Position numbers and translations under genes: made by a program. Positions 1 through 14,182 of a stretch of 64,000 nucleotides of DNA are shown here, in pieces. Location of the stretch: positions 34,059,678 to 34,123,677 of the forward strand of contig MU057350.1 in assembly GCA_013239625.1 (NCBI GenBank). The letters run 5' to 3'. The stretch is from Lama guanicoe. Taxonomy: Eukaryota. The notes beneath the pieces were generated by a model that searched no databases, had not been told where the DNA came from, and worked only from the letters and a program-made list of their open reading frames with translations. Each line of letters begins with the position of its first letter. Position 1 is the first letter of the stretch.

Positions 1-1754
1 GGATTCATGGGCCCCTGTAAGAGAAGTTATGGGAAAATAGACTGCCCTCTGTGGACCCTTCATCAGTCCAGATACCTCCACAGTCTTCTCCTGGATCAGG
101 TAGCACAGGGCAGATTAACTAAAAGGGGCCAAGCAGAAGTCCAACTGGGAAGCAGAACACCACAGAGCTGACGTCAGATTTAAGGCGGAGGTATACGTCC
201 CTCACTCTACCTCAGTGGAGGATGGTTGTTCTTATGGAAAGGGGGAAGTTGGTCTCTTCAAAAACACAGTCATATCCTCTCCTCATCTACATTATATTCT
301 TGCAAAAATGGTGAGAGAAGGAGGGTCATCCTGAGCTACATTTGGTCAAGGAAGGATTACAAGAACAAACTACCAACCAAGACCTAAAAGTGTAAATTTC
401 TTCATATCCTCTTTTGTAGAGAACCCTAGAGAGACAATGGTGATGTTACCAAGTAACCTTCAACAGTGCACAGCAGAAAGGGAGAGAACAGTTGAGAGCA
501 GCTACAAAGAAGGCTGATTTATCAATAGTGCTGCCTTGCCATTGTGTGAGTGGTTGGGGTCCAAATGAAGTGTTCCTTTAACAATCTAATGGGGCAGAGA
601 AAGAAAGCTCTTAAGTCTCATGAGATGTTTTATTTTGAGAAGGGCTATAGCAGAATGTAACACCTCTCTGGGTGGTCCACTTAAATATTTGGTACCCAGC
701 AGTCAGTGGCACATGCCAGAAAATGCACAGAGCTTAAATTATGATCCTACCTAAGGGTCCATGAGATTCAACAAAACAGAATGACTTTACTTATTACTGC
801 TCAAAACAGACCCATGTCTACCGAGCAGATGCTCCCGTGACTAGAGGATACAGTAAAAAGACCAGCTCAGTTCTTTCAGAAGCTAGCAAGGATTTTCCCA
901 CAATGAACTCCTTCCTGGCTGAGATGAGACTGCTTGAGAAGAGCAACCCTGAAAACTCCCATCTAACATTTTCCATCTTTAAGTGGCACACAATCGCTGA
1001 ATGTCCCCTAAACCTAGGTTTTGCCCACAATAACTTACAGATCTCCTTTCAGTAGACACTTTACAGTTACAGGAACACGAGCATCTCAGAAACCCTCCTA
1101 GGATTGTGGGTTAGTGATAATGTGGAGGGTGGAGGGTACTGGAAATGAGCTCTCTGCTCCCACATCGCCCTGAAAGACCCAGAGTCTTTTATACCCATAT
1201 CAGCTTTAGACAGAGACACAGGAACCCTTCCTTCTGACAATTAGCAGAGAACAAGATGAGTTTGGTTACAACCTTCCAGCTAGTTATCAGTTTAAGACTT
1301 TCTCCTACCTGCACAAGACTAACTTTCTATCCTGAATGTGACAGAACATCAAGGTGAACAGTTGACAGCAGCAGGACCAGGAACAAGAGGCTGCAATGAA
1401 GAAGACAAACTAGCCAGAGGAAGGGTAATCTGAGTGTGCTCCCATCCTCTGCTGGGCAATGCTGAGCTGCCAGAAAAGTCAATGAGAAAAAACTGAAGCA
1501 TCTTGGAGCCAACATGGTCTCCACTCACTGGAGTTGTAACATGTTAAGACCATCACAACAAGCCACCACTGAGGACACAAACAGACCTCTAAGGAAGGAG
1601 GAAAAGTTACACACAGCATGCGATTACAGACTCGGAAGTCTGCTCCCACAACAACGATGAGCATCTTGAACTCCCCATTGGCAAAACGGTCAAGGCTGAA
1701 TTGATCTGGCTACTTCTTTCAGGGTAGTCATGACACAGAGCGCCCCAGACTCAC

Positions 1755-1942
1755 AATGCACTCATCCCTGAGGACCAGCTAGACTCACTACATCTAATAG
1801 CTAAATTCTCATCTGCTTTACCAACCAGATTAAGATGCATGAGTCCTCAGACCTCACAAGCTGCCCAGTGAGGTCCCTGCTTCACAGATACTTGTTGGTC
1901 AGCCAGAGCTGCCAGGACAAACAGAACCCTTCACTCTGTCCA
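1755..1942 (-). ncRNA. Putative non-coding exon (188 nt) in the ancient repeat; paralogue at 10297-10468
   Basis: Minus-strand GTGAGT donor (+ strand actcac at 1749-1754 and 10291-10296) and pyrimidine-rich AG acceptor at aligned positions; the donor is lost in other copies. Confidence 0.3.
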
Positions 1943-4219
1943 CTGACAGCAACAAAACTGTGGGGAAAGTCCTAGCATTATTTATTTTCCTCTTATTACA
2001 TAGAGCATCCCCCAGGGCCTCTGGTTCAATCATCACAGGAAAACACTGCCAGGAATAAGTCAGACAGTAGCAAATGCTCAGAAAGTGTGACCAACAACTC
2101 TGTCTCCCAAGCAGACCATGTCACTGATCAGTTTGGGGTAAAAAGTCAGATAGTTCCAACAGTGTGACAACATGAAACTGATGGCTTTCACGAGGGGGTC
2201 CATGTCTCAGAGACAGGCCCTGGCTTCCCAGAGAAGGTACAATGTTGTCCATGATGACCACTGTCCCCCACCTGTCTAGAACACTCATATTAATATCGGA
2301 AATGCCAAAGGCACTCAGAAAAGCTGCAGGGGGCATCTAGGTCCAATGTTCTGGCATTTAGGACTCTGCTTCCTCAGGGGCTGCTCCTTCAATTTTCCCC
2401 AGAGACGTCACTTCTTCTGAGGACATCCAGGTGCTATATAGTTTGACCATCAACCCAGGTGGACCTCCAACAACCAAAGGATTACTCAGTCAAGACTCTT
2501 AGCTCAGGCAGGAGAGTCACCACAAGAATTCACAGGACAAAGAAAGTCACCTCAAAAGTGCTGTCTAAGAAAACTGAAACTATTTTTCAATAAAGAGAAT
2601 TAAATGAAGATCAAGAAATTTGTCAAGACCAGGTTAACTTCCTCAAAGATACAGAAGCTGATATTTGTCAAATGAAGTTGAGAATATGAAGTCATAAAAC
2701 ATAAAAATGTTCAGTGTAAAACATAGTACCAGTGCAAAACCACACGGAACGAATACAAACATGGCTGAAGGTCAGATGTAAGAACTCTTCTAGAGGCATC
2801 AAGAAACTACCAAGTCTGGAATGCAGAAGACAAAGGGCCAGAATTTATTCATTCCAGTCACTCAAACAGCCTCCGTCTCAGGGGCCCCTCCCAGTGCGCT
2901 ACAGAGGGAAGTATAAGACTTTCAGGCATTTGGGTTCAGAGTCCCCTGCTCCATGGCCCTAAACACATGGTTCAAATACCTGTGGACTCTGCTGTGCTTG
3001 GACAGCTCATCCTGCTGTCTGGGTTAATGAAAATGTGCTAAGGAATCATAGTAGGTAATGAAACCATTCTTCTCTATATTACATATTCAGAAAATTTATT
3101 TCCTTCCATGTAAGATTTTAGATCACACTTGCCCCTAAACAATGTAGAGAGAGATTAAATGCAAAAATTGACATAATACACTGTTATGGAAATCTAAACC
3201 CCCTAACCTCCATCACATACCAATGAGAGAATAGATTTCTTTGAAAATATCTACAGAGGGCAAGTAAGAGATCTGACATATGAGGCAGATCTAATTTTAG
3301 ATCCTTAAATATCACATTCTCATCAATTTTTTGTAGTAGAAAGAGCATGAGATTTAAAGAGACAAATTATCCTTTGACAATAGGGTGTGTTTATACTCTC
3401 ATTTTTACACTTGGGGTATTTAGTTTTGGCAGGCATTGTGGGAGGCCGAGACAGGGAGAGGCTGAATGAGATCTAGGAGGGTCTAAAGGATCTCTTCCCA
3501 GGAGAGGGGGAAGGTGCCCATCACAGGACGATGGAATAGGGAGCACCCTGATATACTAAGTACTGAGCCCATCTTCCTTCCACCGATAGGGAGGCCCAGG
3601 AGGTTGGCATCCTACTGGAATGATTTGGCTCCCCCTTGTCACACTCTCATCCTCTGTCTCTTGTTTCCATGTAAAGCCATCTCTCAGCCTCTCAGGGGAA
3701 TGTGTGACCTACAGTGGAGGGATGAACAGAGTTTGTGGGCAAGTGACCAGACTTTTGTCCCTTAGGAGAGACATTCTGAGATACAGTCTATCCACATGTC
3801 CCTCAGAGGGTTCTAGCAGGACTAGCCTCACACAACCTTGGAGACCAGCTCAGGGCTGTGCCTGTCACAGGCTGTTCATCCCCATCCTGTCCCACGTGCA
3901 TCAGTCCCTCCTCTGTGCTCTCTGGGATCACTTCCAAATACAGTCCCCACCTAAGTCTGAGTCTCAGATTTTTTTTTTCCCAGGGATCCATACTAGGATA
4001 CTCAGGTTTCAATTCCATTTTGTCATTGGAAGACTGAGCAAAAAATTAAAATGCAAATTACTTAAGTCAGGAATATAAAACTGGGACCTATCTTTTTAAG
4101 GTCTGTAGGTTAGAAAGTAAGAGAATATTCAGGGGCTTTTAAATTTACATTTCAAAATTATTTTTATAAGTGCTTGAGAGACAACTTCCGAGTTTTACAC
4201 AAGTAGACATAGAATATAA

Positions 4220-4410
4220 AACTTGACTATGAAAAATATTAACTCATTCCAAATCTCCCATCAAAACCCCTCCCGGTTCAATGTCTCCTCACTACCTTCT
4301 TTATGCTGAAGTGCTTAAACCCAGGAAAACACATCACTCCCATACTAATGCTTCCAGACAATAAAAAAGATGGAACGATTTCCAAGTTGTTTTAGGGTAC
4401 AACATTCACT
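4220..4410 (+). mobile_element. Old L1 ORF2 fragment (part of the duplicated unit; homologue at ~14860-15035)
   Basis: Degenerate match to the L1 ORF2 segment NLP.KKSPGPDGFT...KLFQ.IEKEG.LPNSF. Confidence 0.5.
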
Positions 4411-5199
4411 GGAACATTTTCATGTTGGAAGCACGGCTAGGGGCACTATGCAAAGGCAGAATCACCTCCCAAAACCTTCTGTAAGTTCCCATTAACCCCC
4501 AACTTGAAACTCAGCCCATTAAGGGATTATGGGATAACACACCCAGTCTACACCAGCCGTGCCCACCTCCACGCTCTACCTTTCTAGGATAGACAATATA
4601 TACATGCCCATGCTTTCAAAAGAGATGAAACTTTCTTGTCAAGTTATTCCAGATCCCATCCCTGAGCAGCAAAGAACATACACATAATGAAACCTAGATC
4701 TCCTTGCTCATCTCATCCCTTCTCAGATAATGTGATCATGAGCCCAGTAGATCTCTAGACATGATATGGTTGGTATCATACAGGGAAAGGCTTCTTGGGA
4801 AGAAAAGAAACAAACCTGAAAGGGACTCTGCAGGTAAGAGGAATACTTCCCATGAAGGCCACAGTGGCCTCCAAGACCATGTCCAAGTACCAGTTCTCAG
4901 ACAACTGTCCCTTACCAGAGGTTGAAACTGTCAATCAAGAATTGCTCTCCTCCCTTGGTGACAAACTGCCCTGCTTCCTAGACATTATGCTCAAGGTCAA
5001 AAGCCTCATGAACTTCTTGAAGTATATAAAATATTCAGACTTAGAAAATAGTGAAGATGATTTTTTAAAATCAAATGATCAGCCTTTGCAGAATTAAGGA
5101 AAAAATGACACGAAAAATGACAAGCCCAAAATAGCATGGGTCACTCTACATAGAACATGCTTTCAACTTTTGATACTAGACTGAGGTCCAATAAGGTCA

Positions 5200-7250
5200 G
5201 ATAAAAAAGTCAAGCTTACCCAGCTGACTGCACTGATAGGAGCTACAATCACAGGGAATACAGTCATGACAGCCCACACTGAAGACTCAGCCTTATACCT
5301 CTGCTCCCTGAGGAAGAGATTTGATACAGGAACAAGGAGACACATTCGTACTGAGAAATCTGCTCCCATGTATCTCGTAACAATACAAACTCTCCCGGAG
5401 GAAACTTTCATGCTAAAAGGAGAGATCACCTGCTCCAGACATAGTCTGGACAAAGATAACCCTGGGCTCATCCCTGAGGGCAAAGTAGACTCATGCCACT
5501 GGGCAGCCTTACCAGTTTTATCACCAGTTTTACCACCAAAAAAAAAAAAATCAGAGTCTTGATGGGAGTGCTTCTGCAGAGGTGGTCAGTGAGGTCCCTG
5601 CTTCACACCAGGCTGATGGTCAGCAGAGACATCTGGAGAGCTGGAGCCCCTGTCACTGAGCATCAGAAATAGGAGGTCACATCCGGAGCAGAGCCTGAGC
5701 TTTTTTTTTCTTTCTTTCTTTCTTTTTTTTTTTTTTTTTCTTTCATCTCACATTGATCCTCCAAGACCCTGGAAATGCTTTCCAGAAAAGTATCATAAAC
5801 CATGACCCAGAAAGGAAAGCCTGGAAGGCATGACCAACAGTAGCTTCTTCAACACAGAATCCCCTGGCTCATGCTTATTGCACAAAGTCAGTGAAGGCCA
5901 GCAGGGAGGCATATGGATTCAGAATTCCATTCCACGTCTCCAGATAGAGTCCCGGCTTCCAGAGCAGAACGTGCTCATCAGCATCATGAGAAGAAGCCTG
6001 TTGACATTTGGCTGCAACTATCCCGCATTCACCCTGTGCTTTCTCTGTGTACTTTCCAGCAGGCACACCCGATACCACCTGAAAGCATCCATCAGCTCAG
6101 CTAGTAGATTTACATTCCATCAGGCTAAACTGTCCTTCACAGGACAAAAATGTTTTCTAGGTTAATTACTTCCAAAAGACACATTTTCAGATAGAGTAAC
6201 CAAGACAAATGGAAAATGGAATCCACAGATCAAAGACCAACACCTCAAGGTACCTCCACATTAAGATACTGAACCCATATCCATGATAACAATTATTGGA
6301 AAATGATCCTTCAGCAACATTTAAGACCCAGAAATCAGAGCCCATGTATACAGTACTTGGAGGGGAAGACCAGAGTTGTCCCAGCTCCCAATAAACACTG
6401 TCCATATAGTCAACCTCCTGTGGACATTTCCCAGGATACATTTGAGATAAGATATCTTTCAGGACACCAAGAAAGTGACCAACTTCACTGGACCATCTGA
6501 AATTCTCTGCAAGGGGGAGAACCAACAAAGTCATTTGACACACAAGGAACAAGAGTATCAGACAGAAGAGATCTAGAAAGTCCTGAACTGTGGCCATCAG
6601 AGGATGGCAGGATGAAGATCACACCTCCCACAAGGACCCCTGTGGGTACAGTTAAAGCAAAATGGCCCAGAAGTCTTCACCTTGATCAGTCAGTGCAGTA
6701 TCTAATCCAAATCTGCATTTCAGGTTAGACTTTGCAAGGCATGAAGCTGGGTTCCTTCTGATTCAAGTCCTGGGAGGTTCTAATAGGAAGGCAGCCCTCC
6801 CCAGGACAGGTTTCACCAGAATTCATGCAGCTGAAAAGGAAAAATGTTAGAGAAGACTTAACACCCTTTCTTCCATAGAAAGAACTTGAGTTGTACACAT
6901 TTAAGAATAACAGGTCTTAAAGCTCAAAAAAAAAAAACCTAAAAGTTTACAAAAATGAAATGATAAGAACTTTACATTCTTTTCCCCTCTAAACAATATA
7001 GTGAAACATGTATTAAGATACATTTACTTATTAAAATAATCACAGGAATTGAAACCTAAACCTCATTCTACTCCAATGTAGGAAAGAGAAGTTACAGATT
7101 TCTTCTGCTATTTTCCTTGGTATTTCTTGTCATTTTTGGTAAACTAAAATACAGAAATATTTCAAGAATATTCTTGAAGCATCTTAGTTGAAAGGTGACT
7201 TGGTGATTAAAACTTGAGAATCACAGGAAAGAGAATAAGACAAGTATCCT
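5200..7250. repeat. Ancient repeat unit, partial copy 2
   Basis: cagtgaggtccctgcttcac shared with ~1866-1886; ctcatccctgagg at ~5467; gaaggcatgaccaaca with ~10613; 6550-7110 resembles 12900-13450 and 22890-23490. Confidence 0.7.
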
Positions 7251-9278
7251 TCGTGTGGGCAAGCCATGAGCTCACTCCAGGATGGTGCTATTCTCAGGCC
7301 ACCCAACCAATCTTCCCTTCCACCTGTGTGGCTGGTGTCTGAAGACGGTGCAACGTGGGGCACATGAGAACAGGTGCTCTGGAGGGATCAAAATGGACAT
7401 ACCCACTGACTGGTCCCCAGTCTGGGTGTTATGAAGTCCCTTTCCACCTCCAGGACATCCTTTCCTCAGTTGTGGGGTTAGGGCCATGAATGGGAGGCTA
7501 GCACTTTGCTGGGTGGTCCTTGACCTCTGAACACCTCTTAGAAAATGTACTATCAAGGAAGCTCAAGAAGCAGCCCTCTCCTTTTGATCTGCCACTCCTG
7601 GCAGGGTGATGGGGGTCACTTGTGACCTCAGTCAATAAGGAGGACAATGGAAAGCAGAGCGGAGGCCACCTCCTGTAAAAGGCATGATCCTGAAGTTCAG
7701 GCATCTTTTTTGCTTCTACTCTACTGCCCGGAATAAAGTTACTTGACCAACGCTAAATGAAATAGAGCTGTTGATCCATGAGGAACTAAGGAGAACCTGC
7801 TAAGTAGAGGGACACTACCTCCTTATCTGGAAGAAGCCCCTCCTTCAGTCCAGCCACTTCCACAGTAGTCTTCTGGATTCCTCAGCACAGAGCAGATGAG
7901 CAAAAAGGTAGACTAAGCAGAAATCCACTGGAGAACACATCACACTCCTTCATCCCTTCTTACAGGCTTTTTGGACGCCGTAGTCAAAGCTAGTCTACAG
8001 TGGTTTAGGGGTAAGGGGTGAGATGGTCATTTCTGCCTCAGCGGGGGTGTTGCTGTGCTTTTGTAAAAGGTTGTTCTCTTCACAAAACCGTCTCTCCCCG
8101 CAAAAGAAGCATTTCATCCTAAAGTATTTAGGGTACTAAATCTACTTTAAAACCGTTCAATTGAGAGAAGGCTGATCATCAGAAGTGATCTCTGACCAAG
8201 GAAGGATTCTGGGAATACACGACTCCTATGGCCACCAAGCTAGATGTAAACATAGAATTCTCTGTGACCTGTCTGGTGGAGGTTTCTCATGAGAGGGGTA
8301 CGTGAGGCCAACATCCATTCAAAATTGAAGAGCAGGTTGAAGGCAATCGTGGGTGAGAGAAAGCAGATTCATGAAAATGAAGACCAAGAAAATGTGACGA
8401 TCACTAGTTTAAACTCACCACTGTAGGAGTAGCAGAGGTAGGAATGGGGTTCCCCTCACACAAGACGATAGGGAGAAATAGATAACGCCTAATCCTGTGA
8501 GAGGACGCTTTGAAAGGGGTGGTAGTGGAGATTAACCACATCATGTGCAATTTCCAAACCTGAGGGTGACCTCTACCTGATGACAAGTACCAGGAAATGC
8601 ACAAGGTTTAAATCCCGAGATCCCACATGTGGGCCCATAGTGTTCACCAAGTTGATAGCATCTTACTGTTCTACACAGAACCAAGTCTCCCGGGCACCTG
8701 TGTCCAAAGTGCTCAGTGACTGGGGGAAAAAAACCCAGTAATGTCTAGTCCTGTTCTCTCAGCAGTTAACAGGGAGAAACTCCCACACTCATTTCCCTGA
8801 TGACGAAGACTGGGTTTTGGGGATTACTGCTCAGATAGGTTCCTCTGTCACTTCCACACAGGAAATGGAAACCAGTCTTTGTCTTCTAAACCTGGGTTTT
8901 CCCCACAATGACTGTTAGACCTCCTTCTCGTCATCTACTGAGCATCAGTTGTCAGAGCACAAACATCTAAGGGATCCTCCTGGGGATGTGGACTAGTGAC
9001 GATCTGGAGGAACTGGGAATAAGCTCCCAGCAGAAGGACCCCCAGCCTTTCACAGCCATCTCAGCTTTGGACGGAGACACAGCTCCTCCTCCCGCTGACT
9101 CAGAAACTTCAGAGAGTAAGTCAGGGTAGTTACAACCTTCCAGTTCATTTTGATTCTAGGCTTTCTTCACTTTAACAAAGGAGAACTAACTTTCCATCCT
9201 GAATGCAATATAGTGTCAAGTTGACCGATCAAAAGCAGTAAGATCCAGGAACAAAAAGCAAGTGATGACAGATGAATA

Positions 9279-9927
9279 TAGTAGTTCCCCTTTACCCCTG
9301 GGGGACGTGTTCCAAGACCCTCAGTGGGTGGTTGAAACCACTGATAGAATACATAGGGCTTGGTACTATGTTTTCCCTATACCCGTGATAAAGTTTAATT
9401 ATAAATTAGGCACAGTAAGAGATTGACAACTAATACAATAGAACAGTTATAAAGACACACTGTAACAAAAGTTATATAAATGTGGTCTCTCTCCCTCTCA
9501 ATTTCTTCTTATATAAATTTAATGCCTTTTCCATCTTGAGCACCCTTATCTTTTCACTTAAGGCACTTTGCGGCTTCTTTTTGGCATATATGAATTGCCA
9601 GCATCACTACTTTTACACTTTAGGGCCATTAAGTAAGATAAAGCTTACTTGAACACAAGCGCTGGGATACTGCGATAGTCGATCTGGTAACTAAGATGGC
9701 TACTAAGTGACTACCAGGCAGAATACGCTGGACAAAGGGATAGTTCACATCCTAGGTGAGACAGAGAGGGACAGCATGAGATTTCATCATGCTACTCAGG
9801 ATGGCATGCAGTTTAAAACTTATGAATTGTTTATTTCTGGAATATTTCATTTAATACTTCAGACCATAGTTGACCACATTAACTGAAACCATGAAAAGCC
9901 CAACTGTGGATAATGGGGGGACTATGG
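9279..9927 (-). mobile_element. MER44/Tigger7-type TcMar DNA transposon (non-autonomous)
   Basis: Degenerate terminal inverted repeats tagtagttcccctttaccc...ggataatggggggactatg flanked by TA; subterminal gttccaagac and gttgaccac...aactgaaacc typical of MER44. Confidence 0.85.
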
Positions 9928-11732
9928 TAGTTGGAATGGAAGGAGTCTAAACAGGCTCGTTCTTGGATAAATAATGTTAAACTGCCACCAAAGATCAGTG
10001 CACAAAATCTGAAGCACCTTACTAGGAACCAAGGAGGAGTCTTAATTGGAGCTATAACATGCCAAGACTTCATCATAGCAGCTCGCCATTGAAGACTTAC
10101 ACAGGCTTATACCTTTGCTCTTTAAGGCACGAGAAGGAATGTATGAGAAGGAGGTATACACCAGGAGACCACTACAAGCTCAGAAATCCGTCACTTGAAA
10201 TCATTAACTGTAACTCCCCCTCAGCAAAACGGTCTGGACTGAATTGATCTGGCCCCTTCTGCAGGGGGGAGTCATGACAGGGCACTCCAGACTCACAGTG
10301 GTCTCATCCCTGAGGACCAAGTCCACTGGTTGAATTCTCACCAACTTTACTGCCAGAGGAACTCAGAGGCATGTGTCTTCAGAATCACAGTTGTCCAGTG
10401 AGGTACCTGCCTTGCATACTTGTTGGTCAGCAGGGTGGCCAAGAAAAGCAAACCCTTTATCCTACACGCTAAAACAAGTTCTTGTGAAAAACAGCCCTTT
10501 TTGAAATACAGTCCTAGCATCATTGTTTACTGCAGCCACCTCTCTCTTAGGGTCTCTCAGCCATTCTCCATGGGGAAGCATGGCCAGGAATAAATAAATG
10601 AGCTCATTCCCAGAAGGCGTGACCAACATGCCTCTCCCATCCAGAAAGGATATCTGGATCAGAATTTGGGAACAAAGGTCTGTCTTTCCAATCAATCTGA
10701 CACTATGGGACTGTAATGGTTCTGGAATTCTCATCCATGTCTCCCAGATGGGCCTTGTCTGCCCAGACAGAAGAGACAGTGATGCCTAAGATGAGTGTTT
10801 TCCCATCACGGTCTGGTACATTCACATGACTATTGGTGCCAAAGGCTTTCAGGGAACAGAGGGCATCCAGCTCTGGCCTTCTACCATTTAGATCTTTGCT
10901 TCTCTGGGGAAACTTCAATGAACAGCACCTGAACATGTTTTTGGAATACATCCTGGTGCCACACAGCTGTACATTCAACTTACGCCGGGGACATCTCAGC
11001 CAATACCAAGAGAACTAGTTTTAACTAGAGCCTTTCTGCCAAGATCTATACTCAAGAAGAAGAGCTACCACCAGCACTCATAGGACAAACAGCTGTCACC
11101 TAGAGGGCACCAACTTGAAGCCAAACCTACACTTCTCCCTGAATAGATTAAAGTAAGATCAAGAAATTGAGATAGAGTCATTATCAAAGATGAAATAGTG
11201 GATATTTGTCAAAGAATATGAAGTCATGAAACAGATGGACATATTCAAATAAAATACTCTCTAAAAATATATCAAAGAAATGATAGAAAAATTGTGGCTG
11301 AAGATTTGGTTTAAGGAACTCTCTCAGCATCACCAAGAAGAGGAAAGACAAAAGTGTGGAAGACAGTGTTTTCATTGTAACCACCCAAACATCCCTCTTC
11401 TCAGGGGCCCCCAGAGCTCAAGGTAGAGGGCAGCACAGACATCCCGAGTCCCAGCCGTGGTGGACAGGTGGCTGATTCACCCACGGTGCCTGCTGTGCTC
11501 AGAGAGCTCACTGACTGAGTTACAGAAAACATATTAGGCGTAGCAGTGGGCAGTGGACATTACGTCGTATGTTTACGAAGTCATCATTTCTGTCAGTATA
11601 AAATACCATCCTTGTTAATGGGAATGCAGATTTTTGACCCTGATTCTACGTCAACGTCTAGAGCTACAGAGCCTAGAACTATAGCACATTAAAAACCATT
11701 AGTTTTTGTAAGAACTGAAAAAGAATATTCAG

Positions 11733-12560
11733 TGTTAGATTCCTGATCTAGTTGATCCTGATTCTTGCTGGACTATTCAGAATCAAGAAAACCTGAAAAC
11801 TAGCTTCTCTTTGAAAGCATCCATCAAGATGAACCACAGAAATGGGCTTACGGATGGAACAATTTCTTATGGGAAACACCCATTCTTTAGATGAGCAGCG
11901 TGGCCGCTGAGGAAGGTGGGCACCTGCCACATGACGTATCTGTAGGCCGTGAGGATTTTGTTCCTGTCTCATGAGAAAATGTCAGGCAAGAACTTTTCCT
12001 GACAAATTAGGAAACTCATCTTTACCTCCTGTTCAACTCATCCTGACAAGAAAAGTCAGGGCTGGTGCCTGTAGGCCCCCGTCTGAAGACTCTAGAGAAT
12101 AAGCCATGGGCTGAACTGATAAACAAGCTGTGAGGAATGTCACGTATCCAGGCTGGATAAGAAATGGCCTACTTAATGTATCCAGTATGGACAGCTGGAT
12201 AGCCAGTGATGGGTAAGATCCTCAGAGGAGGACAACCTAAGACAGGCAGAGCCGGCTGGATAAGAGATGGCCTACTTAATGAAGTTTCATGGCGAACTTT
12301 CAAACAATCTGTCCTTGATCATGTGACATCCTGTGCTTACTGCAGGAGTTTAGGGACCTAAATAGCTTAGGATTATTAACATTGTTATAACTTAGATGAT
12401 ATGTGAGGCACCGTGCATGTCCTATATACATCCTTTTCTAAGAATCAATAGAGAACTGCTTCGCTTCTCTCTGCATGGTGTTCATGTGTACATGATATCG
12501 CACCACCGACAGTTCCATTAAGAGGACACAGCTGTGTTACAACCGTGTCGGAAGCTCAAC
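11733..12560 (+). mobile_element. ERV solo LTR (boundaries approximate)
   Basis: TG start; aagatcctcagaggaggacaacctaagacaggca motif shared with the LTR at ~49926; internal direct repeat ggctggataaga(a/g)atggcctacttaatg at ~12151 and ~12255; absent from paralogous units; no clean TSD. Confidence 0.6.
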
Positions 12561-13790
12561 TTAAGATCAGGACAAAGGGATAACATGGTCTTTTCAGAGA
12601 TATAATCAGCCAGTGGGTCGGCCCTGCACACAGCATGGGCATTGCCAACCCCTGAACCTCAATCCTTCACCACCCAACAGACAAGGGGCAGAGTGTGGAA
12701 GACCAAGATCTGGATCCACAGGTATGGTAGATGGAAGGAGGGCACCTGAGCAACCCAGGGCCACAATAAATCCTGCCCTTGTCATCGACATCCCTGGGAG
12801 CAAGATGAAGTGACTTTCCCCCAGAGCAGGCAGGTGGTAAGAAACTCCACTTGGGCCATCTAAATACTCTAGCTTAGAAATGTCCCTTGTAAGGGCACTG
12901 AAGAGTAGGTTTCAGGAAGACATAGGTCAAATAAGGACCTAGGCTTTGGCCAGCAGAGGCCGGGATGATGGAGGTCAAACACCACACACAGCAAGAAGGG
13001 GAAGCCAGAGCCAAACGCACTCGGCCACAGCTTCCCTAGAAGCCAGAACAGGGTCCAGTTGATCCAGGCACGTGGTCTAGGCCTGCCAGGGACTGCCAGC
13101 AGAGGGGGTTCAACACATCCCTTTTCCTTCTCAATACAACCTTAGGAGTTTTAGATGGGGGAGTCGGCGGTGGGGGGCAGCATGACCAGACTAGGTTACT
13201 AGACTCGAGGGGAGCCAAGGAAGGTAGGATGTCAGGACAGAATAAATTCATTAAACAAAAGATCAAGTGTTCAAATTCAAATGGGATGTAGCCACTTCTT
13301 AAAAGTGAAAACACTTTATGAAAACTATTGACAAAAAAACCCAAGATCTTATATCATATTTCCTCAAAGCAAGAGGTAGATAGCAATGAAATGCAATAGT
13401 TGACATACGCATGTGGAAATCTCAATTTGCTGATCTCCATTATGTACCAATGAAGAAATCAGCCATAAAGTTTTTACAATATTTATCTTAGAATAACTCA
13501 TGACTTGTAAGGGGGGTCTGTGATGAGGGAGATTTAGTTTTACATCCTCAACAAAGTCTCATCTATTTATTTGTGGAAGAGAATGAGTCATACAAAGGCA
13601 AGTCATCCCTTGAATACAAGGGAATTTAATTTTGTTAGTTTGGGGCACCCTATGATATTTAATACACACAGACATTGTGGGAGGCGGAGATGGCAACAAG
13701 GCTAAATGAGATGAGAGGGGTATAAAAAAATCTCTTCCCAGAGGAGGGAAAATTTTCCACCACAGGAAGATACAACAGGCAGCATCTTAC

Positions 13791-13821
13791 TGCAGTTAAC
13801 ACTGAACTAGTCCCTCTTCCG
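13791..13821 (-). ncRNA. Putative 31-nt micro-exon, copy a
   Basis: Minus strand: gtccctcttAG | 31 nt | GTAAGA. Confidence 0.4.
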
Positions 13822-14182
13822 CTAAGAGGGACATCCAGGAGGCTGGCATTCCACGGGAAGGACTGGGTTGCCCAGCGCTACACCCTGACCCTTTGTCCCC
13901 TTAGTTTCATACAGAGTCCCAGCTCAGCAGTGCAGGGGAACTGATGGCTCAGGGGAGGGGTAACTGCAAAGAACATGGCAGATAGAGTGAGTGGGTAAAT
14001 GGCCAGACTTTTGACCCCAGGAGGCACAATTATGAGATGCATTCTACATGGCACTTTACGGGGAGCCAAGTGGGACTGAGTGACCAGCTGAATAGTAACC
14101 ACTTCAGGGGCTGCTCCCTTTGACTGGTGTCAGGTTCCCCACTACCCTGGGCTTCCTGGGGATCACTTCCAAAAAAACTACC

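Larger units (their letters stand above)
1..4410. repeat. Ancient locus-specific repeat unit, copy 1 (runs off the window start)
   Basis: Collinear diverged matches to 7790-15040: 77-150 with 7859-7935; ttacaaccttccag at ~1266 and ~9131; ctgaattgatctggc...cagactcac...ctcatccctgaggacca at 1697-1777 and 10238-10319; gcattgtgggaggc at ~3433 with cattgtgggaggc at ~13673. Confidence 0.85.

Noticed and set aside
2246-2345. atgatgaccactg...ctaggtcca looks like a SNORD113/114-type C/D snoRNA
   Set aside because: No CTGA D box at the end, the C box is not conserved in paralogous copies, and it is on the opposite strand to the inferred transcript
5266-5320. TEDSALYLCSL resembles the end of a TCR/Ig V segment
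   Set aside because: No upstream Cys/WYxQ framework (in-frame stop at ~5182), no CACAGTG RSS after it, and the sequence is part of the non-coding repeat (homologues at ~1565 and ~10090)
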